A stretch of 64,000 bases of DNA from Scenedesmus sp. PABB004 (Eukaryota): assembly GCA_014905635.1 (NCBI GenBank), contig JABVCE010000024.1:434001-498000 (forward strand), read 5' to 3'. Made by a program: the position numbers and the translations under genes. The notes below the pieces were generated by a model. That model made no database searches. It worked only from the letters and a program-made list of their open reading frames with translations, and was not told where the DNA came from. Of the stretch, positions 39,901-52,200 are shown piece after piece (the stretch's first letter is position 1; every line of letters starts with the position of its first letter).

Positions 39901-41162
39901 GCGGCGCCGCGCCTGTTGCTGAGGCCCTCCAGGAAGTTGATGGCCACCTTGCTCGCGAGCACGGTGGCCTCGGGGTGCAGGTCGAGCACGGCGGGCACCA
40001 GGAAGCTGTGGTCCGGCTCCGTATGCGACACCTGCCCCGCCGCGGGCGCGGCGGCGGCGGCGGCGCGGCGCTCGGCGCGTGTCCGTCCGCGCGGCGGCGG
40101 TCGGCGCGTGACCGCGCGCGGCGCCGCGCGGCCAGCCCTGGCGGCGCGCCGCCGCGCGCCCGCGGCGCTCGCCCGGCCCTGCACCCTCGACCCCCCGGCG
40201 CGGCCACAAAGCCCTCAACACCCACCAGGATGTAGTCGAGCCCCCGCCCCGCGGCCCTGAGCTCCGCTGTGAGCGTTTCAATGAAGAGACGACTGAACTT
40301 CTCGTGGCTCGCGTCCACCAGCGCGGTGTGGGTCTCGCCAAAGATGAGGTACGCGTTGTACGTGGTGCCCTTCTCAAGCCTGGGTTCAGGGCGCGGGGTT
40401 CAGGGCGGCGCGGGGTGCAGGGCGGCGGGCGGTGTAGGGCGGGGCGGGCAGCGGGCGGCGGGCGGCGGGCGGCGGCCGCGCGGGCGCCGCGCCGCGCCTG
40501 CCGGCCGCGCGCTGGGCGCTGCGCCGCGCGCTGCCGCGCTGAGCGCTGCTGCACGCTGCCTAAACCTTAACCGAGCCGCGCCGCCGCGCCGCCGCGCTGC
40601 TGCGCGGTCGCGCTGCCGCACCCAAACTCGATGTCAAAACGGTCGCGGTCAAAGTCGAGGGACCGGATCGCGACCGTGTCCTGTGCGAGCGGCAGCACCT
40701 GCGTCTGCAGGCGCTTGCCGTTCCACAGCTCCACCTCTGACAGCCGCGCGCCGCCGGGCGCGGGCGGCGCCGCGACGGCGGCCGCCGCGGCGACGGCGCC
40801 GCGGGGCGCCGGCGCCGCCGCGCCGCCGGCCGTGGGGGGCTCGCGGCGCGGCGCGGCCGCCGCCGCCGCGACCCGGCGGGCGCCCTGCGCGCGCGGGCGG
40901 TGCCGGGCGGTGTCGGGCGGCGCGGCGCGGCCTCGGGGCTGCAATGGGCGCGCCGGCACGCCGCGGCGGCGGGTTGGTGGGCCACCAACAGCACCAACCC
41001 CAGCCCCGCGCCCCAGGCTCTGGAGGCGCGCGATCTGGAGCGCAAGACGCTGCGGGCGCTGAGTCGGACCGGGGGCCGCACCTGCGCGCCGGCGCGCGGC
41101 CCCACGGCGCGGGCAGCTGGCTCGCGCGATGCCACGCCCGCCCGCAGCCTGCCGGCCAGCAT
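35608..41162 (-). CDS. FLVB: Chloroplast class C flavodiiron protein, Flv3/FLVB type
   Basis: RSLDFDRDRFDIEFG, GTTYNAYLI, SHTEPDHS, LHWPDTM, TCDAFGLHYC, ANGHGP (full di-iron ligand set); flavodoxin YAADYGFSDRL; flavin reductase ALGRISSGLYIV, ASWVSQASFEP; C-terminus HRRKVGNYY. Confidence 0.93.
38635..38837. repeat. GA-rich (GAGAGG)n satellite in a FLVB intron
   Basis: Visible near-pure purine tract. Confidence 0.85.
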
Positions 41163-41999
41163 GGCGCCGGGCTGAGCCGTACGTCGACCGAGGGTGGAGC
41201 GTGCAAGCTCCTCCGCGCGCGTGCGAGGGGCACGCGTGTGGGCGTGGCTCGGGGACAGCACGCACGCTGCGCCGCGAGCTGCGCCGGAGGAGGTGTGTGT
41301 GTGTGTGTGCGCGCGCGCGAAGAGTGCGCGGGCGATGGGTGCGCAGCTTGGCGCGTGCCGCAGAACCGCGCCGCTGCGCCTAGCGCGCCCGGCACGCCGC
41401 CACTGCTCAGCGCCGTTCCACGGCGCGCAGCCCGCGTCGCCGGTCCACTGCATGTCCCAGATCAATGCGGGGCTGCTGTTGGTCCAGACCACGATCTGCG
41501 CCGGCCGGTGGGGCGGCGGCGACGCGCTCTTGGGCCCCGGGGCTGCCAGCACGCGGGGCGCGCGTGTGGCTGCTTATAACTGAACACCGCAAGAAGGGGG
41601 GGGGGGGGGGCGTCAGCCTGCTCTGACCGGGTCGGCGGCGCCCCCGTCGGCAGCCGCGCGCGTGGCGGCGCTGCCGGTTGCACCGGTGCAACCGGTGCAG
41701 CGGCACCGCTGCCGCAGGGGGGGGGGGGGGGGGGGGAGGGCATGTCGTGGTGGGCGACAGTGTGCGCGCCACGCTGCTGTGGGCGGCGGGGCCGTGCTCA
41801 ACTGCGTGCGATCTGGCCCATGGGACGGCCGCCTGTGTTAACACCACAACTCTGAAGCCGGCAGCAGGCTGAACTGAACACCGCCGCGTTGCGGCCAAAC
41901 CACGCCGTCCGCCGCCCCGCCGCGCTGCCCGCGCGCCGGCCGGACACACATCGCCCGCGTGCGCGCGCCACGCCGCCGCCGCGCGCTCAGCTGCCCGCG

Positions 42000-43645
42000 C
42001 TAGACGCAGCCCTCGTAGGGGTTGGAGTGGTCAAAGGGCTCGCCGTCGGAGTCGTAATCGTCGCTGCCGGGGCCGTCGCTCGCCTCGCCCGCGGGCGCCG
42101 GCGCGCCGCCGGCAAACGCCGTGACGATGGCGCGCGCGTTGTCGCGCGCCGCGACCAGGGCCTCGTCGCCCGCCACGTCTGCGTCCGACATCTCGGCCAG
42201 CTTGCGCGACTTCTCCGCCAGCGCCTGCGCGGCGCGCGTCGCGCAGGCGCGTCAGCATGCAAGCAGCGGGCGCATCGGCACGCGCAGGCAGCGCGCGCCG
42301 TCCCCTGCGCGAGCGAGCCGCCCGGCGCAGTGCCCCGCCGCCGGCGCACCGGCTTCCACGCGCCGACCCCCGGCCGAGCACGCCGAGCTCCGTCCGCACG
42401 AGCTCAACGTGCTTACAGGTCTTCTGCGCGGCGCTCTTGCCCTTGTTGCCGGTTCTGGAGCGGCGCGGCCAGGAGTCAGGGGCGTCGGCCGCGCCTGCCG
42501 CCTGGCGGCGCGCCGCCGCCGCCGGGCCGCAGCGCCGCACGCGCGTGCAGCCGCGAACGGCGTTCAACGCCGTGAAGTTCAGGTCGCACCTGAACGCCAT
42601 GCACGTGCACGTCGCGCCGTCCCCGGACAGCTTCACGCTGTACTGGGTGCCCTTGGAGCCGCTCGCGAGGAACGTGGCCGCTGCGCGCGCGGCGCGTGTG
42701 CGCAGCAGCGGCGGCGGCGGCAGGGGTGCGGCGGCGGCAGGGTTGTGCGGCGGCCGCCGGTGCGGCGGGCGGGCGGGCGGCGGCGGTGGCGCCGGCGCGG
42801 GCGTGCTCACTGGCGCCGTCGAAGCTCTCAAGGCCGCCCATCTTCAGCTGCGAGGCGCGGCGCCGCGGCGCGGCGTCGGGGCAGCGCGGCGCGGCCGCGG
42901 CGCTGCGGCGTGGCGCCTGCTATCAGGCCCCAGTCACAGCGGCTGTGCGCACCTCGCTGAGCGTGTCGGCGAGGCTGAGCTTGCGCTTGGCGCCGACCTG
43001 GGCCGCGCGGCGCGCGGTGGGCAGTGGGCGGCGGCAGCGCGGCAGGCGCCAGCGGCGGCGTTGGCGGGCGCAGACCTTGGGCTCGGCCGCCGGCGCGGCC
43101 CCCTCGCCCTCGGACGCCGCCTCGTCGTCGCCCCCCTCGCCCTCCGACGCCGGCTCCGCCTCGGCTGGCTGCTTTTTCTTGGCGGCTGGCTTCTTCTTGG
43201 CGGCGGCCGGCTTGGCGGCGGGCTTGCGCGCGCGCTTGGGGCGCGCGGGCGAGGGCTCGTCGTCGCTGCTGCGGCGGCGACCGCGCGGCGGCAGCGGTCA
43301 ACGGCGCGCAAGATTCGGCGCGCGAGGCGCCTGAGCGAGGCGCAGGGGCCAGGGCTCGCGGGCAACGGGGCTATCCGTGGCGCGCCACGATCGCTACGCC
43401 CGCCGCGAGCGCGGCGCGCGCGCTGTGCTGCCGCCGCGGCCCCAGCTCGGCCAGCGGCCCACTGGCGCGCCGTCAGCGTGCTCCCTTGCCGACAAGGGCG
43501 CGCGCCGGGTCCGCCTCGCGACGATCGCGGCGCTCCGCTGCTGAAGGCGGCGCGACCCCCCGCGAAGGCGCCCCCCTCCTCACCGCTCCTCCTGCTCCAG
43601 CTCGGCCTCCACCGCGGCCGTGGCCTTCTTCTTGCGGGGCGGCAT
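42000..43645 (-). CDS. Small SWIM zinc-finger protein with basic/acidic disordered N-terminus (likely nuclear)
   Basis: MPPRKKK..; GSKGTQYSVKLSGDGATCTCMAF|RTGNKGKSAAQKTCKHVEL|ALAEK.. matches the CxC-xn-CxH pattern; TAG at 42000-42002. Confidence 0.75.
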
Positions 43646-43833
43646 GGAGCGCTGGCGGGTGAAGCGGTGGGCGCTGCTGCTGCTGGGCCGGCGCGCAGCA
43701 CGCTGCGGCGGGCGGCGTGGCTGTGCCTGGTCGTGCGGTTGGCGGTGGCGGCTGTGGCGGCCGGGTGGCGGTCGGGGGGCCTCTGCGGGCGCGCCGCCGC
43801 GCGGCGCAGCGTTACGACGCTCGGCGAACCGCG

Positions 43834-46800
43834 TCACGCTCGCCCTCCGTCCGCCGCGGCGGCGCCAACCTCGGCCAGGTAGGCCTGCTGGCGCTGCCGC
43901 ATGCCCGCAAACGCTGTGGCCAGGCTCGTGCGCACGGGCGAGGCGGCGGGGCTCGCGCCCAGCCCGCGCGGCCGCGCGCCCGCCGCGGCTGGGCTGCGCC
44001 GCGCCGCGCCGCCGCGCGCGGCCGCCTCGGCGTCGCGCTCCGCCAGCGCGATGCGCAGGCCCGCGAGCTGGGAGCCGAGCGCGTCCGAGGCGGCGCGCGC
44101 GTCGCGCAGCTTGCCGCGCAGCGCACGCACCTGCGCGGCGGCGGCGCCGGCGCGCACGCCGTGAGCGCCACGCCGCGCGGCCGCGGCCGGCTGGGCCGCG
44201 GCGATTGCGTGCCGCACCTCCTCCCTGGCCACCTCCTGCAGCTTGCCCATGCGCGCCGCGTGCTTGGCGGCCAGCGCGCGGCGCTCCGCCGCCGCGGCAG
44301 CCTCGGCGGCCGCGAGGCGCGCGTCGCCCTCCGCCGCCGCCACCCGCGCCTCGGCCAGAGCCGCAGCAGACTCGGCAAGCTGCGCGTGCAGCTGCTGAAC
44401 CACCTGCTGCTGCTGCTGCTGCTGCTGTGGCGGCGCCACGTCGCCTGGGGCTGGCCCGCTGCCCGGCCCTGACGGTGGCTGCTGCCCCACCGCCGCGTCC
44501 CGCACCGCGGCAGCCTCTGAGCGCGCAGTCAGCAGCTGCGCATGCAGCTCTGCGGCGCGGGGCGGCGCGGTGGTGGGATGGGCCGGCACGCGCGGGCGCG
44601 GGACGGGCGCGGCGCACGTGGGCGCACCCGCCGCCTCTGCGCGCGCCGCGTCGAGCTGCCCGCCGAGCTGCTCCAGCCTGGCGGCCATGTCGCGCTGCCG
44701 AGCGCCGGCCGCGTCCTGCGCCGCCGCGAGCTGCGCCGCCGCGGCCGCCTCGGCCTCGCGCAGCGCGGCCTGGCCGTCGAGGGTCGCCTGTGCGAGCGCC
44801 TGCTCCTTGTGCAGTACCTGCGGCGCCGCGGCAGTCACAGCGCTGGGCGGGCTGCGCGCGTGCGCACGCACGCTGCGGGCGCCCCTGCCGGCTCGGTGTG
44901 GCGTGGCGTGGCCGCGGCAAGGCCGGCCGGCCGCCGGCTGCCGCCGCGGCCGCGCGCGCCTGGTCGAGCAGCTCGCGCATGCGCTCGTGCCACAGCTGCT
45001 CCGCCGCGCTGGCGCGGTCGGCCATCAGCGCCCGCTCCCGCGTGCCCGCCGCCTGCGCGTCGGCGAGCTGGCTGGCGAGCGAGGCGTTGGAGGCCTGGCG
45101 GGCAGAACCGCGTCGCGGGGGGCGTGCTGCGGCGGCTTCAGGCGGGCGCGGCGGCGGCAACATGCCGGCCGGCGGCGCGCCTGCCGCCTCCGCCGGCGGC
45201 GGCAGCGCCTGCCAACGCCCCAGCAGGTCGCTGCTGCTGTGCCCCCCCCCCCCACTTGACCGGGCGCGCCTGAAGGCTCATGAGCTGCGCGTGTGCCACC
45301 TCGGCCGCGCGGCCGCCCTCGGCCAGCTCCTCGCCGAGGTGCCGCGCCTTGCGCGTCAGGCTCTCCACGAGGCCACGCAGCTCCGCGACCTCGGCCTGCG
45401 CGCGGCGGTGGCAAAGAGCGGGGCTCGTGCGTGGCACGCCGCGCCCGCGCCGCGGCCTGGCCGTGGGCGCCCGCCCGCCAGCGAGCGCCGCCCACCTGCT
45501 GCGCCTGGCAGCGCCGCTCCAGGCGCACCGCCAGCTGCTCCCGCTCTACCACGGCGGCCTCCTTGGCGGCGCGCAGCTCCGCGGCCTCGTCGCGCGCAAA
45601 GTGGAGCTGCAGCCCCGCCTCCTCGGCCGCCTGCTGCGCCGCGCGGAGCGCCGACTCCAGCTGCACCAGCTTGGCTGCGGCGCCTCGCGGCCGGACGCGG
45701 CGTTCAGGCGTCGTCGGCGTGCCGCCGGTGCCGGCGCCGGCGCCTGCGCCGGAGCCGCTGCCGCACCTTCTGCCGCCTCGCCCGCGCGCCCCCGATCGCG
45801 CAGCGCCTGCTGCAGCGTGTCAACCTGCCCCCGCAGCAGCTCCAGCTCGGCCGCCTGCTGCAGGTCCTGCGGCGAGCACGGCGCCGGGCACAGCGGGGTC
45901 GTGGGCGCCCGGCTGCCGCGAGCCGCCGAGCCGGCGCCGCGAGTGCGCAGCGCGCCAGCGCGCTCGGCGTCTGCTCCACGCCTGCTGCTGCGCACCTCGC
46001 CGCGGACGCTGTTCTGCAGCGCCTCGTGCTCCCGCCGCAGCTGCACAAACTGCTGCTGCGCCGCCTCGGCCTCCCTGGCGATCGCCTCGCACTTGGCTCG
46101 CAGCGGCGACTCCACCTCCTCCAGCAGCCGCAGGCGCAGCAGGTCCAGGTCGCTGCTCGTGCGGGCGGCGGTGGTGGCGGCGGCGGTGTGCAGCAGTGTG
46201 CAGGCAGCGCTCGCGCTCGTGCTCGCGCGCCCCGGCGGTTCGCATTCGCCGCGGCACGCGCGCGCACCTGGGCTCCAGCACCTGCGCGCGTGCCTCCTCA
46301 AACTGGCGCTGCTTCTCCTCCAGCTCCGCGCGCCAGCTCTCGCACAGCGCCTGGTACTGCTGTTCAACGGAGGCCTGACAGCGCCGCGGTGGCGCGGCGA
46401 GGTGGCGCGGCGGCGCCGTGGGGCCGTGCGGCGCGGCAGCGCTGCCGCGCCGGCGGCTGCAGCGGCAAGCATGCGCGCCCGGGCGGCGCGCACCCGCTCC
46501 CGCTTGAGCGCCTCGTGGCTCTGCTGCAGCTGTCGGTGGGAGCCGACCAGGGCGAGGTGCAGGGCCTTGAGCTGCGCGGGCGGCGGCGGCGCAGTCAAAA
46601 CGGGCCGCGACAGCTGCTGCTGCTGCAGGCGCTGCGCCGCACGGCCCACACGCGCGCTCCCCCGCCCCGCACGTTGTTGAAGTTGCGCCCCAGCTGCGCG
46701 TTCTCCCGGCGCAGCTGCTTCAGCAGCAGCACCGCCTTGCGCAGGTCCTGGGCGGCGAAGCAGCGGCGGGCGCTCGAGCGGCGTTGGCGCGGCCGCCCTT

Positions 46801-46948
46801 CCCCTGCGCCGGCCCCGCGGCGCTTGCCGGGCGGTCATTACCAGGCCCGGCCCACCTCCGCCTCTCCCCCCGGTCCGCCCTCGTCGCCGGACGGCGCCGC
46901 TGGGGCGTCGCTGTCGCTGACATCGGGCGTCGCGTCGTCGCTGGCCAT
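43834..46948 (-). CDS. CEP83: Centriole distal-appendage coiled-coil protein CEP83/CCDC41-like
   Basis: NFNNLKALH..WRAELEEKQRQFEEARAQVLEPRDLDLLRLRLLEEVESPLRAK..LRREHEAL aligns by eye to recalled CEP83 (LRGELVEK..QILTPQKLELLR..ELETPMR..LRYEHTFL). Confidence 0.75.
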
Positions 46949-47176
46949 GCTCGCGGCGTGCGCGCTCGTCGTGCGGCAAGCGGCGCCCGCGTCTGGCAGG
47001 GGGCCGGGCTGCGGGCGGGGCGGGGTGGCGCCTGTGGGGCCCTGGCGGGTTGTGACAGGGCAGGAGCGCACCACGCGCTCGCCGGGTCGGCTGGCAGACG
47101 ATCACCGCGACGGTGCGGCTCCTGCTTCGTCGACGCAGGCGGTGCACGGCAGCCGGGCGGCGCGCGACGCCTGCGC
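45343..47176. repeat. About 1.8-kb segmental duplication, copy A (CEP83 5' half + upstream region)
   Basis: Near-identical to 56683-58521, including introns. Confidence 0.95.
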
Positions 47177-47315
47177 GCTGGGGGCGCGCCTTCAGCCGGC
47201 CCCACGCGCTCGCGCCGCCATGTCGACGCGGTCAGCCGGCGGCGGTCAGGGGGTGAGAAACGGTGATGGTCAGGGATGCGGATTGTTGCCCAGTCGCGTC
47301 AACGTCAGCCGAGCG

Positions 47316-48073
47316 GCAGCGCGTGCCCAGCGCGCGCGCTGCGCGCTCGCCCGCTCCGGCGAGGATCCTCGCCCGCCACTGCGGGCGCTCCGCCGATGGC
47401 AGCATGCGTTGGTGATAGGCTCATCACAGCAAGCCCTGACGGCACATGCGGACCTCCACCGGGCTGGTGGAGTTGGTGGAGGAGGTTGGTGGGGGGCCCT
47501 CATCAGCCCTGCCCTAAAACCGCTTGGGTGGACGCGGCGGTGGTGGTGCGGCACGCCCAGGCTCAGAGTGTGCCGCACAGGCGTTGTTATTGTGCGTGAA
47601 GCAGCTGGCCGCCCGCCCACAGTGCTGGGTGAGCTCCGGCAGACGCCGAGAGCAGGGCCCGTGCCGGCCGTTGGCGCGCGGGCTGGGTTGGCGCGCGGGC
47701 TGGGCAAGGGCACGGGCAACAGCAGGCACATCAGCGTAAAGCGACAGGGTGCACACACAGCCAGCGTTGGCGCGCGTGTGTCACGATTCAATCCCCCGTG
47801 CGGCGCGGCGCGGCGCGGCGCGGCGCGCACGGGCCGGGCAGGGCGGAAGGCGCGCACCTGCAACATGCGAATGCACCCCGCCTTTCACCCACAACACACG
47901 CAGAGCCCCCCCCCCCCCTTCCCAGGTTGGCACGGCAGCGGGGAGGCGGCAGAGGCCTCCCAACAAAAAGTGCTGATGATCAGTGCGGGGCGCCCGGGTG
48001 GGTGCATCGGTGTGCGGCAACTGCAACGGCCGCCACCTGTGGCACAGGTGCAGACGCGCAGCTCACGGCTGGT
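47316..48073. repeat. About 750-bp non-coding direct repeat, copy 1
   Basis: Near-identical to 48343-49081. Confidence 0.9.
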
Positions 48074-48169
48074 GGCGCAGCGCACTTGAACTTTCTTATT
48101 AAATAGTGCAGAACTGCTTATTCCATGGAGGGGCCAACGGCTGCACGTGGGGCTCGGCACAAAACACAC

Positions 48170-48212
48170 GCGGTTGTCAAACACTGTTTGTCAAACACTG
48201 TTTGACAACCGC
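48170..48212. repeat. AT-rich inverted repeat (hairpin)
   Basis: GCGGTTGTCAAACA-N15-TGTTTGACAACCGC with perfect 14-bp arms. Confidence 0.85.
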
Positions 48213-48342
48213 AGACATGACATCTGCACACACACCTAGCGAGGCCTTTGCGAGGCCCGGCCTCGAGGCGGCCGAGCTCGCGGCGGTGCCGCCATGCTGG
48301 CGGGGGCGGCGGCGCGGAGCGACACCGCGCGCGGCCGCGCGC

Positions 48343-49081
48343 GGCAGTGCGTGCCCGGCGCATGCGCTCTCGCCCCGCTCCTCGCCACTGCGGGCGCTCC
48401 GCGGATGGCAGCAGCATGCGTTGGTGATAGGCTCATCACAGCAAGCCCTGACGGCGGATGCGGACCACCACCGGGCTGGTGGAGTTGGTGGAGGAGGTTG
48501 GTGGGGGGCCCTCATCAGCCCTGCCCTAAAACCGCTTGGGTGGACGCGGCGGTGGTGGTGCGGCACGCCCAGGCTCAGAGTGTGCCGCACAGGCGTTGTT
48601 ATTGTGCGTGAAGCAGCTGGCCGCCCGCCCACAGTGCTGGGTGAGCTCCGGCAGACGCCGAGAGCAGGGCCCGTGCCGGCCGTTGGCGCGCGGGCTGGGT
48701 TGGCGCGCGGGCTGGGCACGGGCACGGGCAACAGCAGGCACATCAGCGTAAAGCGACAGTGCTGCACACACAGCCAGCGTTGGCGCGCGTGTGTGCGTGT
48801 GTCACGATTCAATCCCCCGTGCGGCGCGGCGCGGCGCGGCGCGGCGCGCACGGGCCGGGCAGGGCGGAAGGCGCGCACCTGCAACACGCGAACGCACCCC
48901 GCCTTTCACCCACAACACACGCAGAGCCCCCCCCCCCCTTTCCAGGTTGGCACGGCAGCAGGGAGGCGGCAAAGGCCTCCCAACAAAAGTGCTGATAATC
49001 AGTGTGGGGCGCCCGGGTGGGTGCATCGGTGTGCGGCAACTGCAACGGCCACATGTGCAGACGCGCAGCTCACGGCTGGTG
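48343..49081. repeat. About 750-bp non-coding direct repeat, copy 2
   Basis: Near-identical to 47316-48073. Confidence 0.9.
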
Positions 49082-49295
49082 ATGAGGGAGGCGTAGAGGT
49101 GCCACCCACCCTGGCAGCGAGGCCAGCGCGCTGATCTAGCTTATTCATAGCTCCCCCCTCCCCCGCGATCTGGGTTGCGGGGGAAGGGCACGCAGCTGCT
49201 GCCGACAGTGGCGGACGCACGGTGGCTCAAACCCTGGCGCCGCCCAACTGCTGGGGCCGCCGCCCGGCCCCGCGCCACCGCCCTGGCGTGCCACC

Positions 49296-52200
49296 TCAGA
49301 AGAAGAGCTGCCGCAGGCGGCGCTTGCCGCTCGGCGGGCAGCTCACGACAAAGGAGTAGGCGCCGCCGCAGGCCTTGTCCTTGTCACTGCTGGCGCAGCC
49401 CGAGCCGGAGCCGAGCGTGGTGCCGGTGGGGCAGCCGCGCAGCGGGACGCTGCGCGGAGCGACGTCGTCGGCGTAGCTCTGGAACGAGCCGTCGTGCACG
49501 ACGACGTTGACGACCGACCCGCAGCGCACCCCCGTCAGCGTGACCGCGCCCCCGAGCTTGACGCCGTCGGCCTTGGCGCACGCGACCCTCGCGCCGGCGC
49601 GGGTCTCGCCGTTGCACGTCGCCAGCGCCATCCAGCTGAGCGCCTCGTTCGCGCAGTTGGGCTTCACAAACGCGTTGTTGGCGTAGCGCACGGTCACGGT
49701 GCTGCCGGTGCCGCTGATGGTCACGCCCGCCTGCAGGCGCGCGTTGACCTGGTCCGGGGACGGGCACCGGCCAGCCGGGCACGGCGGCAGGCTGCTGGGC
49801 CTCGCAACCACGGTGAGCTGCCCAGGCCTGGGCCCGTTGTTGGCCGTGTTGAGGTCAACCGGCGTCGACACAGCGGCAGTGTAGTTGAAGGTGCCAGGCG
49901 CGCCTGGCACGACCACCACGATCGACACGTTGACATTGCTGCCAGCCGGAATGGGCCCCGCGATGGCGCACGTCACGGTCTGCCCACCTGAGGGGCGCAG
50001 GTCCGTTGGGCGCGAGCCCGAGCTGTCATCTTTGTCTTTCTCTTTCTCTTTGCCCTTGTCATCATCTTTCTCCTTCTCCTTGCCCTTGTCATCCTTGGAG
50101 GCCAGCCGCCGCCCGCCCTGCCGGCGCGTGTCGTCACTTTTGCTGAACGATGAAGAGCCTTTGGTGTTGCTGCTCTTGTTGTCTTGCAAAGTTTTGCTTT
50201 CGTCTTTGCTGGTGGTTTTCTTGTCCTTGCTTCCATCTTTGCTTTTGTCGTCATCATCATCATCGTCATCATCGTCATCGTCATCGTCGTCATCATCTTT
50301 GTCAGCCTTCTGCCCTGACGCCGTGCAGCCTGGCCGGCGCGTGCAATCGCGCGCGCACACAGCAGCAGCACAGGCGGGGCGGACGGCGATGTGACACACC
50401 GCCGTCAGCGCCCGGCCCGCCCCACGCTGGGCGCGCGTCGCGACCGTGCGACTGCCGGCGCGGCGGCGAGCCTAGTGCGCGCGCGGGGCGCGCACACCTG
50501 GGCCGCTGGTGAAGCTGGTGCCTGGCGGCAGCACGATGGTCAGGGTCGCGTTGGCCGCGTTGCCAGGGCCAGCATTGGTCACCGTGATGGGCAGCGTGGC
50601 GGTGGCGCCCGGCAAAAGGCCGGTGACACTTCCAGGCACAACCGCCAGGTCGGGCGAGGTGTTGCTTTGTGGGATAAGAGTAGGGCTCTGCGGGGGCACA
50701 GGGCAGCAGCAGGGCACGGTGAGTGTTTGCGCAACACATGCTGCCCTAGCTGCACCACGTGCCCAGAAGATGGAGGCTCTACAAACGCAGCGAACACAAG
50801 TTCCCCACCGCCCGTGACCGCCACCTCGCTGCCTTGGCACTCACGCAGCAGGTCGCGTTGCCTGGGGTGGTGCTGCTGGCGTTGGCAGCGTTGGAGCTGT
50901 AGCCGGTCGGGCAGGCAAACGCGGCGCCGTTGGTGAAGAAGCGGCCGCACGTCGGCACCACGGTCAGCTGCCCAGGTGCGGGCCCGTTGTTATCCGTGTT
51001 GAGCTCAACCGGCGTCGACACAGCGGCAGTGTAGTTGAAGGTGCCGGGCGCGCCCGGCACGACCACCTCGATCGACACGTTGACGTTGCCGCCAGCCAGA
51101 ATGGGCCCCGCGATGGCACATGTCACATTCTGCCCCGACGCCGTGCAGCCTGGCCGGCGCGTGCACGCGCGCGCGTGCGCACACAGCAGCAGCACAGTCG
51201 GGGCGGACGGCGGTGTGTCAGCGCCCGGCCGGCCGCACGCTTGGCGAGCGGCCGTGGGACTGCCGGCGCGGCGGCGAGCCAAGAGCGCGCGCGCGCACAG
51301 GGCACACACACGCACCTGGGCCGCTGGTGAAGTTGGTGCCTGGCGGCAGCACGATGGTCAGGGTCGCGTTGGCCGCGATGCCAGGGCCAGCGTTGGTCAC
51401 CGTGATGGGCAGCGAGGCGATGGCGCCCGGCAAACGGCCGGTGACACTGCCAGGCACGACCGCCAGGTCGGGCGAGGTGTTGATCTGCGGGAGCAAGGGG
51501 CAGCAGCGGGGCGCGGCGGGTGCGCGGCGAGCGCCGGCTCGACGGGAGCAGCCAACACAACAAGCGCACGCCGGTCGCAACGCCTCTGCCCCGGCACTCA
51601 CGCAGCAGGTCGCGTTGCCTGGGGTGGTGCTGCTGGCGTTGGCAGCGTTGGAGCTGTAGCCGGTCGGGCAGGCAAACGCGGCGCCGTTGGTGAAGAAGCG
51701 GCCGCACGTCGGCACCACGGTCAGCTGCCCAGGTGCGGGCCCGTTGTTATCCGTGTTGAGCTCAACCGGCGTCGACACAGCGGCAGTGTAGTTGAAGGTG
51801 CCGGGCGCGCCCGGCACGACCACCTCGATCGACACGTTGACGTTGCCGCCAGCCAGAATGGGCCCCGCGATGGCACATGTCACATTCTGCCCCGACGCCG
51901 TGCAGCCTGGCCGGCGCGTGCACGCGCGCGCGTGCGCACACAGCAGCAGCACAGTCGGGGCGGACGGCGGTGTGTCAGCGCCCGGCCGGCCGCACGCTGG
52001 GCGAGCGGCCGTGGGACTGCCGGCGCGGCAGCGAGCCAAGAGCGCGCGCGCGCACAGGGCACACACACGCACCTGGGCCGCTGGTGAAGTTGGTGCCTGG
52101 CGGCAGCACGATGGTCAGGGTCGCGTTGGCCGCGATGCCAGGGCCAGCGTTGGTCACCGTGATGGGCAGCGAGGCGATGGCGCCCGGCAAACGGCCGGTG

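Noticed and set aside
47420..47990. TGATGA boxes as C/D snoRNAs
   Set aside because: No convincing terminal stem or rRNA antisense element could be identified by eye.
43620..48089. 1489-aa + strand ORF and other long R/A/P/G-rich ORFs
   Set aside because: Antisense or intron read-through frames; stops are scarce at this GC content, and the real spliced genes explain the sequence.
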